A stretch of DNA of 64,000 nucleotides from an uncultured Acidimicrobiaceae bacterium. GTDB taxonomy: Bacteria; Actinomycetota; Acidimicrobiia; Acidimicrobiales; Bog-793. The stretch lies in NCBI GenBank assembly GCA_963725215.1, contig CAVRXQ010000007.1, positions 465,294-529,293 of the forward strand, written 5' to 3'. How positions within the stretch are numbered: position 1 is the stretch's first letter; the number at the start of each line of letters is the position of its first letter. The position numbers and the translations under genes were made by a program. Below, one piece after another: positions 50,056-59,669 of this stretch. The notes below the pieces were generated by a model, which saw nothing but the letters and a program-made list of their open reading frames with translations, ran no database searches and was not told the DNA's origin.

Positions 50056-53000
50056 TTATTCGGCAGTTTGTGAATTGGCTGCGTGAAACGACGTCGACTC
50101 ATCGGTCTCGAGCAGAGCTCGGGCCCTCGTAAGCATCGGCTTGGCTCCGAGCATCTCGAAGGTCGACGCCGCTTCGCCGGCTCGTGCAGCCGCCTCGGCT
50201 GCACGGCCTTGGCGGCCGAACCACTCAGCGAGATCGAGCTGGCATCGGGCCGTCCAGTACGGATAACCGAGATCGAGCAACCCCTGCTCCGCCGCGACGA
50301 GGTCGTCCTCAACGGTGTCGTATTCGGCTTTCGCATCGCAAAGCAACGCACGGGCGCGAGCGATCTGCAGCTTGACAAAGGGTGGAACCTCGCCGGGAGG
50401 CCGACCAGAGAGCAGCTCCACGATCCGCTCGGTCCCTTCGAGGTCCTTGACCGCGATGGCGGCGTCGATCGCGTTCGGGAGTGCAATGCGAATGGCTTCG
50501 TACGCAACGCCGAGGTCGCCGCTGAACGATTCGGCGATCGCTCGTAGTGCCCCCTCGAGCGCACGTTGAAAGTCTCCCTCGGCAAGGGCGACGCTGCTCT
50601 GATACGCGAGGTAGCCGGCCCGGTCTTGTACGTCGTCACCCATCCCGACATCCTCGGCACTGGCAAAGTGCTCGGTCGCGTTCTCAACGCGACCGAGGCG
50701 CGCGTCCACTTCTGCGAGGCACAATCGAACCCACGAGCTTCCGGCGATGTTGCCGCTCGAGGTCAGCGTCTCGATCCCTCGCTGGTACGCCTCTTCGAAG
50801 CGCCCGGCCATCGTGAGGACCTGGATGAGGTTGCCGGCGGCGATCGACTCGCGATAACGCGCCCCCGAGCGACGGGCGAGCGCGAGCGCAGCCTCGCAGT
50901 GTTCTTCCGCCCCCGCCAGGTCGTATTTCATGCAGAGATCGCCGAGGTTGGCCTCGGCGAGGGTCTCGGCGTCGGTGAGACCGTGACGTCGGGCGATATC
51001 GATGACCGCCTCGTAGTTGATGCGAGCTTCCTCCACGCGCCCGAGTTGAGTCAGGGCGACGGCTTTTCGCACGAGGGCACGAGCGAAGGTCTGGGTCAGC
51101 TCGTAGTGCTGGGCGATCGTGAGCGCCTGCTCGATCGATTCCGAGGCGTCTTGGAGGTGCCCCGCGAACACGAGTGAGGAGCCGAGCTTTTCATTCAGGT
51201 CGGCGATCACGTCGGGTGGAGTCGATACCGGGTCGAGGGAGGCGAGAGCCTCGCGAATGAGGACGATCGCCTGTTCGGTGTGGCCAAGACCCTGCACGGC
51301 CCGCGAGAGTCCGCCAATCGCCCTCGCCGCCTCGACAGCGCGTCCCGCCGACTGGTGAGCCCGGATCGCCGCCTCGAAGTGTGCACTGGCCCGATCGTCG
51401 AATCCAGCGAGACTCGCCATGCGCCCGGCGCTCTCCATCAGGTTCGCCTGTTCGAATCCGTCGCTGCTCAGCTCGGCGGCCGTCACGTAAGCGGCTTCGG
51501 CGGATTCGGGAGCGCCGACCGACTCGGCACGCTCGGCGGCGATCGCGTACGCACGCTTCGCCTGATCCCGCAGATCGTCGGCAATCGGGTCGTCTCCCGC
51601 CGCTTTGTAGGCGTCGTTCAGGTGGGCGGCGATCACCTCGGCCACTTCCGCGCCCTGGTCTGGGAACGCGTTGCGCAGGTGTTCGGCGGTGCGGATGTGG
51701 CGGGCTTTTCTCTCGGCTTTCGTCAACATGTCGTATGCGACCGACCGGATGAGCGACTGCGTGAAGGCGTACTGGCCGCGCTCTGGAGAGAGCTTGTCGG
51801 CGCGAACCGTGAGAACCTCTTTTCTGACGAGCGAGGTCAACAACGCGTCGAGCTCGCCGGGGTCGGTATCGGTGACCGCCTCGATCGCCTGGCGGGGGAA
51901 GGATCCCCCGAGCACCGAGCACTCCTTCACGAGTCGCCGCTCATCGGGCGAGAGCGAATCGAGTCGCGAGGCGATGAGCGCCGTCAGTCCCGGTGGGATC
52001 TCCAAAGTGCCGAGCTCGCCGACCAGATGCAGCCCTCCGTCGGTTCCTTTCGTGAGGATTCCCTTGTCGAGCAGGCTGCGCACGGTCTCGACGGCGTAGA
52101 GCGGAATCCCCTCGGCGCGTTCCACGATGCTCGCACGTGCCGGGGCGGGGAGTTCGGAGACGAGGCCGTCGAGCAGCTCGCCGATCAACTCGTCGGCGAG
52201 CGGGTCGAGCGAGACCGTGGTGACGTTGCGTCGGCTGAGACCGAGTCCTCGTTTCTCGGTCCCTTCCGGTCGGGTGAGGACGAGCAGGAATATCGCGTGA
52301 TCCGCAGACCATTCCAGCAAGTGGTCCAGGAAGTCGACGAGACCGGCGTCTGCCCACTGCAGGTCCTCGACGAGCATCGCGACCGTGCTGTGCTCCGAGA
52401 GTCGTTCGAAGAAAAGTCGCCAGCCGGCAAAGAGATCTTCTTTCGCCAGCAGCTGGGGAGCTGGCAGGCCGAGTAGCTGGCCGAGGCGCGGCGCGATGAA
52501 CTCCCGATCGGCGGGATCGAGGATCCAGCGCTCGAGGCCGACCCGAAGCCGCTCCGCTGCGACATCGAGCGGGTCCTCTTCTCCGATCTGGAGGCGCGAG
52601 CGGACCATCTCAGAAAGCGCCCAGTAGCTGACGCCCTCGCCGTAGGAAAGGCAGCGCCCGGCGTGCCAGAGGGTGTCCTCGACGAGACCGTCGAGGTATT
52701 TGAAGAACTCCCAGGCAAGGCGGGATTTTCCGACGCCGGCCACCCCGGAGACGAGGGCCAGCCGAGCGGAGTGGCGGTCAGCGGCCGCCCGAAATAGCTC
52801 TTTTACGAGGCGAAGCTCGTGATCACGTCCGACAAAGGGTGCTTCCAGTCCGCTCGAGCGCTGCGAGCCGGCGAGGGCCGCGGCGATCCTGGTCGCTTGG
52901 TGGAGGTGGACCGGTTCAGACTTCCCCTTCAATTCGTGCAGGCCGACGTCGACGTAGGAGATCGCCACCGCGGTCGCGGCACGGGTCGCCTCGTCGACGT

Positions 53001-53634
53001 AACAGCAACCGGGAGGAGCCACGGACTGGATACGCGCGGCCATATTCACCCGGTCGCCGATGACCATTCCCTCTTCTTTGGTCTCGGTCGTCGCGACGCC
53101 GCCGGTGACGATCCCGACCCGCGCCTGCAAGTCGGTGGAACGTTCCGAGCCGTAGTCGGCGACCGCCGATACGAGCTCGAGACCGGCGCGCACGGCTCGC
53201 TCGGCATCGTCCTCTTTTGCGGCGGGGGCACCCCAGACCGCCATCACCGCGTCACCGATGAACTTTTCGACGGTGCCCCCGTAGCGGCCGACAATCGATC
53301 GGGCGAGGTCGAAGTAGCCAGAAAGGAGCTCGCGAACATCTTCAGGATCTTTCGACTCCGAAAGCGGAGTGAAGCCGACGAGGTCGCAAAACAGCACCGA
53401 GACATGACGCAGCTCGGACGTCCCACCCGTCGCCGGGGAGATCGCGTTCGTTCGGGCGGCAGAGGCGACGGGCTGGCCGACAGCGGCGAGCGTCGTCCCG
53501 CACTCACTGCAGAATTTGGCGGTGGGCTGGACTGCAGAACCGCAATTCGGACAGGCGCGCGCGAGTGGACTGCCGCACTCGGAACAGAACTTGGCGCCTG
53601 TCGCGTTTTCGACTCCGCAGCTCGAGCAGAGCAT
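50056..53634 (-). CDS. multidomain signalling protein: double zinc ribbon, class III adenylate/guanylate cyclase, STAND/AAA NTPase, TPR repeats
   Basis: 1192 aa. Two CxxC...CxxC ribbons, cyclase core (VLFCDLVGFT...FIGDAVMAVWG...GDRVNMAARI), P-loop GVAGVGKS and a long helical repeat region. Confidence 0.88.
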   Translation of the reverse strand: MLCSSCGVENATGAKFCSECGSPLARACPNCGSAVQPTAKFCSECGTTLAAVGQPVASAARTNAISPATGGTSELRHVSVLFCDLVGFTPLSESKDPEDVRELLSGYFDLARSIVGRYGGTVEKFIGDAVMAVWGAPAAKEDDAERAVRAGLELVSAVADYGSERSTDLQARVGIVTGGVATTETKEEGMVIGDRVNMAARIQSVAPPGCCYVDEATRAATAVAISYVDVGLHELKGKSEPVHLHQATRIAAALAGSQRSSGLEAPFVGRDHELRLVKELFRAAADRHSARLALVSGVAGVGKSRLAWEFFKYLDGLVEDTLWHAGRCLSYGEGVSYWALSEMVRSRLQIGEEDPLDVAAERLRVGLERWILDPADREFIAPRLGQLLGLPAPQLLAKEDLFAGWRLFFERLSEHSTVAMLVEDLQWADAGLVDFLDHLLEWSADHAIFLLVLTRPEGTEKRGLGLSRRNVTTVSLDPLADELIGELLDGLVSELPAPARASIVERAEGIPLYAVETVRSLLDKGILTKGTDGGLHLVGELGTLEIPPGLTALIASRLDSLSPDERRLVKECSVLGGSFPRQAIEAVTDTDPGELDALLTSLVRKEVLTVRADKLSPERGQYAFTQSLIRSVAYDMLTKAERKARHIRTAEHLRNAFPDQGAEVAEVIAAHLNDAYKAAGDDPIADDLRDQAKRAYAIAAERAESVGAPESAEAAYVTAAELSSDGFEQANLMESAGRMASLAGFDDRASAHFEAAIRAHQSAGRAVEAARAIGGLSRAVQGLGHTEQAIVLIREALASLDPVSTPPDVIADLNEKLGSSLVFAGHLQDASESIEQALTIAQHYELTQTFARALVRKAVALTQLGRVEEARINYEAVIDIARRHGLTDAETLAEANLGDLCMKYDLAGAEEHCEAALALARRSGARYRESIAAGNLIQVLTMAGRFEEAYQRGIETLTSSGNIAGSSWVRLCLAEVDARLGRVENATEHFASAEDVGMGDDVQDRAGYLAYQSSVALAEGDFQRALEGALRAIAESFSGDLGVAYEAIRIALPNAIDAAIAVKDLEGTERIVELLSGRPPGEVPPFVKLQIARARALLCDAKAEYDTVEDDLVAAEQGLLDLGYPYWTARCQLDLAEWFGRQGRAAEAAARAGEAASTFEMLGAKPMLTRARALLETDESTSFHAANSQTAE

Positions 53635-53759
53635 CAGTCACCTCCGCTGCTCGCCGGAAGGTTACGACCCGATGCCTGCCGCTGCACCGTGCGAGGCGGC
53701 CCACCGCTCGTTTCCGAGATCGCGGGCATGCGTCGGCGGCGCCGTCGCGGCCGACGTCG

Positions 53760-54854
53760 TCAGCTTGGCCGCAGGCGCAGTGTTACCTCGTTGGCGAGCA
53801 GCCGGCCCCGACGGGTGAGAACGGCGTGGCGCGCCGTTCGCGCGACGAGTCCGTCTAACGCCGGGTCGTCGAAGAGAGCATCGTTCGGCACACCGTCTCT
53901 GGTGCGCAACGCGAGCTCGAGACGTTCGACCACCCGCTCTGTCTCGCCGAGCCGTTCGCGCCACGCGACGGGGGAATACCCATCGTTGACGCGGGTGATG
54001 TATCGCTCGAACGACGCCACGTTCGCGAACCGCTCCCCATCGAAGTGGCCGTGCGCGGCGCAGCCGAAACCTAGGTACTCCCCGCCGTGCCAGCACGACA
54101 CGTTGTGCTGGCACTCGTGGCCGGGTTTCGCCCAATTCGAGATTTCGTACCACCGGTATCCCGCCGCTTCGAGCCGGTCGTCGATCGCCTCGTAGCGGCG
54201 CGCCAAGACGTCGTCGTCGGGGTGGCGCGACGGGTCGCGAGAAAGGGGCGTCCCCGCCTCGACCGTGAGGGCGTACCCGCTCACGTGAGGTGGCGTCGGC
54301 TCGAGCGCCAACAACGCGTCGAGCGTCTCCTCGAAGTCCTCGTCGCGCTCCGCCGGCGCGCCGTAGATGAGATCGACGTTGAAGCTCGGAAAGCCGAGCG
54401 CGCCGATCTCGCGCACCGCTCTCGGAATCGCGGCGGCGTCACCTTGGCGCCCGAGACCGACGCGCACATGCTCGACGAAGGACTGTGCGCCGAGAGAAAT
54501 CCGCGTCACGCCACTTCCGCGCGCCTCTTCGAGGAACCACCGGGTGGCGCTCTCGGGATTCGCCTCGACCGTCACTTCCGCTCCGACCGGAGCGTCGATC
54601 GCCGCCAACACCTGTGCGAGCGCTCCTTTCGGGAGCAGCGACGGGGTGCCACCGCCGACGAAGACGGTGCTCGGGATGCGCCAGCGACCGGAGGAGCGCG
54701 CGCCCTCGATCTCGCGCACGACAGCGGCGACGTAGGCGTCGGCGCGATCGAGCTTGCCGACGTTCGTCACAAAGGCGCAGTAGTCACATCGCGAAGCGCA
54801 GAAGGGGATATGGACGTAGACGCCGAAGTCGTGGCCCTCGGCGATCATTTCCAT
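53760..54854 (-). CDS. hemW: radical SAM haem chaperone HemW (HemN-like, oxygen-independent coproporphyrinogen oxidase family)
   Basis: HIPFCASRCDYCAF radical-SAM CxxxCxxC motif and the HemN C-terminal domain. Confidence 0.9.
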   Translation of the reverse strand: MEMIAEGHDFGVYVHIPFCASRCDYCAFVTNVGKLDRADAYVAAVVREIEGARSSGRWRIPSTVFVGGGTPSLLPKGALAQVLAAIDAPVGAEVTVEANPESATRWFLEEARGSGVTRISLGAQSFVEHVRVGLGRQGDAAAIPRAVREIGALGFPSFNVDLIYGAPAERDEDFEETLDALLALEPTPPHVSGYALTVEAGTPLSRDPSRHPDDDVLARRYEAIDDRLEAAGYRWYEISNWAKPGHECQHNVSCWHGGEYLGFGCAAHGHFDGERFANVASFERYITRVNDGYSPVAWRERLGETERVVERLELALRTRDGVPNDALFDDPALDGLVARTARHAVLTRRGRLLANEVTLRLRPS

Positions 54855-54895
54855 CGGATCAGCTTTCCAAGCGAAAAGCCGATCCGCACGCGTTA

Positions 54896-55420
54896 TCAGG
54901 CGTAGAGCAGCCCGAGTTCGCCGAGGTGCGAGATCATCTCGTCGAGGCTCAACCCGAAGGTCGCGCCGATCACCCGGATGTCCTCCGCTCGGATCGTCAG
55001 CACCTGGCCGTTGAAGTCCTGGCGCTCGAGTTGGATCTTCGTGAGAAACCGCAGCAAGGCCTCGGACTCCGGTCCGGGGCTCTGCTTCAGCCGGACGAGA
55101 TCGATCCGGATCTTCTGCGACGAGGAGATTCGCGACGTCCCGTGTGCCGCTTCGGCCGTGTGCTCGTCCGCCCCGTGCGGGAGGAGCTGGTCTAATGGGA
55201 CGTCGTAGATCGCCGCGAGGCGACGGAGCCGCGGGACCGAGATCGCCCGCTCGCCCCGTTCGTAGGCGCCGAGGACGGACGCCTTGAACTCCTCGTGCGA
55301 GGTCGCTTCGACCGCCTGGAGGGAGAGGCGCTTTTGCCTCCGGACCTCGCGAAGGCGGGCGCCAACGGTTTCGGCATATTTGCGTTCAGCAGCCTCAGGA
55401 ACCACAGCAACCTCAGTCAT
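54896..55420 (-). CDS. bldD: BldD-like developmental/c-di-GMP-responsive transcriptional regulator
   Basis: N-terminal XRE HTH (YAETVGARLREVRRQKRLSLQAVE...VLGAYERGERAISVPRLRRLAAIYDVPLDQLLP). C-terminal domain carries RQD-FNGQVLTI-RAED. ATG at 55420 follows GGGAG. Confidence 0.8.
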   Translation of the reverse strand: MTEVAVVPEAAERKYAETVGARLREVRRQKRLSLQAVEATSHEEFKASVLGAYERGERAISVPRLRRLAAIYDVPLDQLLPHGADEHTAEAAHGTSRISSSQKIRIDLVRLKQSPGPESEALLRFLTKIQLERQDFNGQVLTIRAEDIRVIGATFGLSLDEMISHLGELGLLYA

Positions 55421-55525
55421 CGGGAACTCCCTGGTAGCCGGCCTGCGCCGACTGTCCATTCATCACGTTTGTGAGTTTACTTGACCACGGAGCGTGGTGA
55501 AAGGGTCTCTATAGGTGAATTTTCG

Positions 55526-56275
55526 TTATAGAGCCCTGGTCCCGTTGTGTACGGCGGCGACGAGCAGCACCGCAGAGGCTACCGCGGCGGTCTCGGTTCG
55601 CAAGACGTGGCCAGGAAGACCGACGAGCCGGGGGGCGAGGGCCAGCTCATCGGGGGTGAAGCCGCCTTCTGGGCCGACGAACACGCTCGACACCGATTCG
55701 TCGACCGGCGGGGAGCCGGGGTGGGCGAGTGCGGCTGTCCCCGGCGCGGATCCGAGCGCCGTCTCGAGAGCCACCGGGCCCGAGATCGCCGGCAGGACGA
55801 GCCGCCGGCACTGCATCGCCGCTTCCCGGGCGACGCGAGCGAGTCGCTCCTTGCGGTGCCCGATTGCCCGATCGTCGGGTCGGACGACGCCGCGCGCGGT
55901 CTCGAGGAAGACGATCCGGTCGACGCCGAGCTCGGTGAGCTTTTGCACCGCCCACTCGGGCCGGTCGCCCTTACCGAGAGCTAAGCCGATCGAGATCTCG
56001 CGCCCCGGAAGCGGAGCGCGAAGCACCGGCCCCAAAGGAACTAGGCGCGCGTCCTCGACGCGAGACGCGCGACGCCGGTGCGGCTTTGTCTCGGAGTCTT
56101 TGAGCTTGCAGATCCTGTACGCGCCCGCGCCGTCGGCTGCGACCACGATCGAGCTCGATCGCAGACGGAGCACGTCGACGAGGTGATGCGTGTCGTCCGG
56201 GGTCAGTGACAGCTCGTCGATGTCGCCGACGAAGACGAGGGCGTCGGCGTTGCGGGCCGCGTCGAGTGGTTCCAC
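55526..56275 (-). CDS. rsmE: 16S rRNA (uracil1498-N3)-methyltransferase
   Basis: SPOUT fold tail VFVGPEGGFTPDE...LGLPGHVLRTETAAV. Conserved position after dnaJ. Confidence 0.85.
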   Translation of the reverse strand: MEPLDAARNADALVFVGDIDELSLTPDDTHHLVDVLRLRSSSIVVAADGAGAYRICKLKDSETKPHRRRASRVEDARLVPLGPVLRAPLPGREISIGLALGKGDRPEWAVQKLTELGVDRIVFLETARGVVRPDDRAIGHRKERLARVAREAAMQCRRLVLPAISGPVALETALGSAPGTAALAHPGSPPVDESVSSVFVGPEGGFTPDELALAPRLVGLPGHVLRTETAAVASAVLLVAAVHNGTRAL

Positions 56276-56295
56276 GCCGCCTCGTCCCGGTTTGA

Positions 56296-57408
56296 TCAGC
56301 CGAAGCTCGAACGGATCCGGGAGATGATCCCGTGCTCCTCCTCAGAGAGGTGCTCGCCGCGCGAGGCGGCGAGTTCGCGCAACAGCTGTTCCTGGTCCTT
56401 GGTGAGTTCCGTCGGCGTGTCGACGAAAACGCGCACGTGGAGGTCGCCCCGCCCGCGCCCGCGCACCTGGGGAACGCCGCGCCCGCGCAAGCGGATCACC
56501 TTGCCGGACTGCGTGCCCGGCGGGATCGAGATCGCCTCGTCGCCGTCGAGGGTTGTCACGACGAGCTCCGTGCCCAGCGCGGCTTGCGTCATCGAGATGT
56601 GCTCGGAGGTCAAAAGGTCGGCTCCCGAGCGTTCGAAGCGGGGGTGCGAGGCGACCCGCAGATGGACGTACAAGTCGCCGGGGATCCCTCCGCGTATCGC
56701 CGGTGCGCCGGCCCCGGCGATACGCAACGTCGTCGCGTTGTCCACCCCGGCCGGGACCTCGACAGTGACCGTGCGCTCATCGGCGCGGCGTCCTTCTCCG
56801 CGACAGTCCGCGCATGGCGACTCGATCACCTCGCCGAGCCCATGACAACGCGGGCACGGAAGCGTCGTCATCATCTGGCCGAGGAATGACTGCCGGACGC
56901 GTCGGACCTGACCAAGACCGTTGCACTCGCGACACGTCACGGGCGTCGTCCCAGGGCGCGCTCCCGAGCCCGAGCATGTCTCGCACGGCACGTGACCCCG
57001 GAAGCTGACCGGCCGGTGCGCGCCGAAGACCGCCTCTTCGAAGGGGAGATCGAGGTTCACCTCGACGTCCTCGCCCCGTCGTGGACCCGCGTGTTGGGCG
57101 CCGCGGAACGGGCTCCCACTGAAAAAGGCGTCGAAGAGGTCGCCGAACCCCGCACCGAACACGTCGCCCGGGCCGGAGGTGCCGACGCGCTCGGAGTCGG
57201 GCCCGAACATGTCGTAACGCCGCCGTCGCTCGGGGTCCCGGAGCGTTTCGTAGGCGAGGGTCAGCTCTTTGAACCCCGCCTCCGACTCGGGGTTGCCTCC
57301 GCTCGTGTCCGGATGGAGTTCGCGCGCGAGCTTGCGATAGGCGCGCTTGATCTCGTCCTCGGTGGCGCTGCGCGACACGCCGAGGATCTCGTAGTAGTCG
57401 CGCGCCAT
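56296..57408 (-). CDS. dnaJ: molecular chaperone DnaJ
   Basis: J domain with HPD (DYYEILGV...LHPD) and four CxxCxGxG repeats. Confidence 0.95.
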   Translation of the reverse strand: MARDYYEILGVSRSATEDEIKRAYRKLARELHPDTSGGNPESEAGFKELTLAYETLRDPERRRRYDMFGPDSERVGTSGPGDVFGAGFGDLFDAFFSGSPFRGAQHAGPRRGEDVEVNLDLPFEEAVFGAHRPVSFRGHVPCETCSGSGARPGTTPVTCRECNGLGQVRRVRQSFLGQMMTTLPCPRCHGLGEVIESPCADCRGEGRRADERTVTVEVPAGVDNATTLRIAGAGAPAIRGGIPGDLYVHLRVASHPRFERSGADLLTSEHISMTQAALGTELVVTTLDGDEAISIPPGTQSGKVIRLRGRGVPQVRGRGRGDLHVRVFVDTPTELTKDQEQLLRELAASRGEHLSEEEHGIISRIRSSFG

Positions 57409-57421
57409 CAGTAGGTCGTGC

Positions 57422-58441
57422 TCACGGATTCGAAAGCTGTCGACTCAGGTGTTGGCTCACGACCGCGACCGTCGCGAGCGCCTGCGGGTATTTCATCCGC
57501 GTCGGGCCCAACACGCCGATCGTCCCGGCGGGCTCGTCATCGACGGTATATGGCGCGACGACGAGCGAGCACTCCGCCAGCGACGCGAGGCCGCTCTCGG
57601 CTCCGATCGCCACCGACTGCCCCGACTCGAGCAGGTCGCTGATCAAAGAGACGACGACGAAGGACTGCTCCAGGATCTCGAGCACCTCGCGCACCGTCTC
57701 GATCGCCGGGAACTGGTCCGCCATGTGCGACACACCGCCGAGGTAGACCTCCTCGGCGCCGCGCGGCGTGATGCCTCCGAGCACCGCGCACGCCGCGTCG
57801 ATCAGTCGCCGCACCTTCGCCGACGCCGAAGTGTGCACCGGGCCGAGATTTCCGAGCACCTGTCCGGTGAGCTGGTCGCGAAGCGCCGAGTTCGCGGTCT
57901 CGATCTCCTCGTCGGTCGTGTTCGGATCGATCTCGAGCGTGTGCTTTTCGACGACGCCGTTCGAACAGACGATGACGACGAGCGCGGTGGCGGGCGAAAG
58001 CCGCGTCAAAAGTGCGTTGCGCACCTGGAGCTGCTCGGTCGTCGGGGCGACGACGACCGACGCGTAATCGGTCAGCTGGGACAACAGATGCGACGTGTCG
58101 CGCAGCATGCGCTCGAGCTCTCCGTGCGCGCGCCGAAAGAAGTGTTCGACTTGATCGGCGGATTTCGGATCGAGCGCCGCGTCGGATTCCAAGTGGTCGA
58201 CGAAGTAGCGATACCCCTTGTCTGTCGGGATGCGGCCAGCGCTCGTGTGCGGGTGAGTGAGGTAGCCGTCCCGTTCGAGCGCCGCCATGTCCGAGCGCAC
58301 GGTCGCCGCCGAGACGTCGATCTCCTCGTCGCCGACGAGGTGCGCGGAACCGACGGGCTCGCCGGTCTCTATGTGCTCGGTGACGACCTTGCGAAGAATG
58401 GTCGACTTCCTCCAGTCGAGGCCCTGTTCCGTCGGTGCCAT
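57422..58441 (-). CDS. hrcA: heat-inducible transcription repressor HrcA
   Basis: 339 aa with a winged-helix N-terminus (RKSTILRKVVTEHIETGEPVGS). hrcA-dnaJ order, CIRCE upstream. Confidence 0.93.
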   Translation of the reverse strand: MAPTEQGLDWRKSTILRKVVTEHIETGEPVGSAHLVGDEEIDVSAATVRSDMAALERDGYLTHPHTSAGRIPTDKGYRYFVDHLESDAALDPKSADQVEHFFRRAHGELERMLRDTSHLLSQLTDYASVVVAPTTEQLQVRNALLTRLSPATALVVIVCSNGVVEKHTLEIDPNTTDEEIETANSALRDQLTGQVLGNLGPVHTSASAKVRRLIDAACAVLGGITPRGAEEVYLGGVSHMADQFPAIETVREVLEILEQSFVVVSLISDLLESGQSVAIGAESGLASLAECSLVVAPYTVDDEPAGTIGVLGPTRMKYPQALATVAVVSQHLSRQLSNP

Positions 58442-58495
58442 TGCTCCTGCTCCCAGAGGGGGTGAGCGCCCGTCCGCGCGGAATCTGCGGCGCGA

Positions 58496-58522
58496 TCAGC
58501 ACTCGATTGTACCGAGTGCTGA
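58496..58522. promoter_or_regulatory. CIRCE operator (HrcA binding site)
   Basis: TCAGCACTC-N9-GAGTGCTGA against the consensus TTAGCACTC-N9-GAGTGCTAA. Lies 55 nt upstream of the hrcA start. Confidence 0.9.
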
Positions 58523-58670
58523 TCGAAAATCCCTCGATCGTCCGCGCCGCTATCCGAAGGTGAATTCGTAGGCGACGCCCGGAAGCCGAGATGAGGAGCG
58601 ATCCGGAACGGTAGGCGCTGGACGTTCCCTTAGTTCGAACGGGGTCAGAAGGTGTCGCTCGCGCCGCGCG

Positions 58671-59549
58671 TTAACGGGCGGTGGCTTCCTCGTGGGGATC
58701 GGCGGGTGCGACGCCTTCGTCTTCGTCGAGAAGATCGGCCGTTGGTCCAGTCGACACGGCGTCGTGTCCCCGTTGGTGCGCGGCGCGCGAGCGCCTGCGG
58801 TGGCGCCGCATGAGCCAGCCTGCAGTGACCATGCCGATCGCGAAGAGCACGATCGAGGTGATCTCGACGGCGTCTGTCCCGTTGTCGTGGGTGAGCCAGA
58901 AGTACTCGTCGAAAAACCGGCTCAGTCCCCACAGCCCGACGACGAGCGAGGTGACGAGGCCGGTCGGCCCGCCGCGCCTACGAACGAGACGCTCGACGGC
59001 CAACGCGATCGCGTAGATCGCGAAACACTCGATCGCTTGGAAGATCGGAACCGGGATGCGCTTTCCGACCTGACCCGCGTAGTACATCCCGTACCAGGCG
59101 TGCGTCGGCTTCCCGCCCCCCGCGTACTCGAACTGCGGGCCGAGCAGGCGGCCGACGGCCCACGCCGCGACGAGCACCGGTGCGACGAGATCCGCGGCGG
59201 GCCCGAGGCGCAGCATCGGGCAACGTCGACGGGTGGAGACGAATCCGACCGGCAGGGCCAGCGCGAGGCCGCCGAACGACGAGAGGCCGCCCTTCCAGAT
59301 CTCGACGACGCCGACGGGGTTCGAGCGATAAGAGCTGAGGTTCGCGAGAACGTGCACCGCGCGCGCACCGACGATCGCGGCGACGATCACCCATAAGAAG
59401 GTGACGCCGAGCCACGCGTCCGGGTAACCCTCTTTGCGCAGTCGCCTCGCGAAGTAGCGATAGGCGAACCAAAACGTGATCGCGAGCCCGATGCCGTAGG
59501 TGTGGATCGCGAGCGGCCCGATATGAAAGACGGTGGGTACAGGTTTCAG
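58671..59549 (-). CDS. lgt: prolipoprotein diacylglyceryl transferase
   Basis: PTVFHIGPLAIHTYGIGLAITFWFAYRYFARRL (compare E. coli PVIFSIGPVALHWYGLMYL), WKGGLSSFGG, GRLLGPQFEYAGG. The conserved first helix lies upstream of the first GTG (59390). The start is placed at CTG 59549 (see findings). Confidence 0.85.
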   Translation of the reverse strand: MKPVPTVFHIGPLAIHTYGIGLAITFWFAYRYFARRLRKEGYPDAWLGVTFLWVIVAAIVGARAVHVLANLSSYRSNPVGVVEIWKGGLSSFGGLALALPVGFVSTRRRCPMLRLGPAADLVAPVLVAAWAVGRLLGPQFEYAGGGKPTHAWYGMYYAGQVGKRIPVPIFQAIECFAIYAIALAVERLVRRRGGPTGLVTSLVVGLWGLSRFFDEYFWLTHDNGTDAVEITSIVLFAIGMVTAGWLMRRHRRRSRAAHQRGHDAVSTGPTADLLDEDEGVAPADPHEEATAR

Positions 59550-59669
59550 GGCTGCTTCTCCTCAAGGAGAGCGGACCGGGCCTCGATCGCTTCGACCAGT
59601 ATGACCTGCGAAGCAGGGCGGGAGGCCGCCGCGACCCGCGCCGCAGAGATGATTCCGGGCTCCTCTTTC

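Noticed and set aside
55421-55534. BldD box (TNAC-N5-GTNA) or promoter in the bldD upstream region, and the AT-rich hairpin CTCTATA-N13-TATAGAG at 55508-55534
   Set aside because: No exact BldD-box match was found. The hairpin overlaps the rsmE stop but lacks a U-tract, so I could support neither a terminator nor an operator call.
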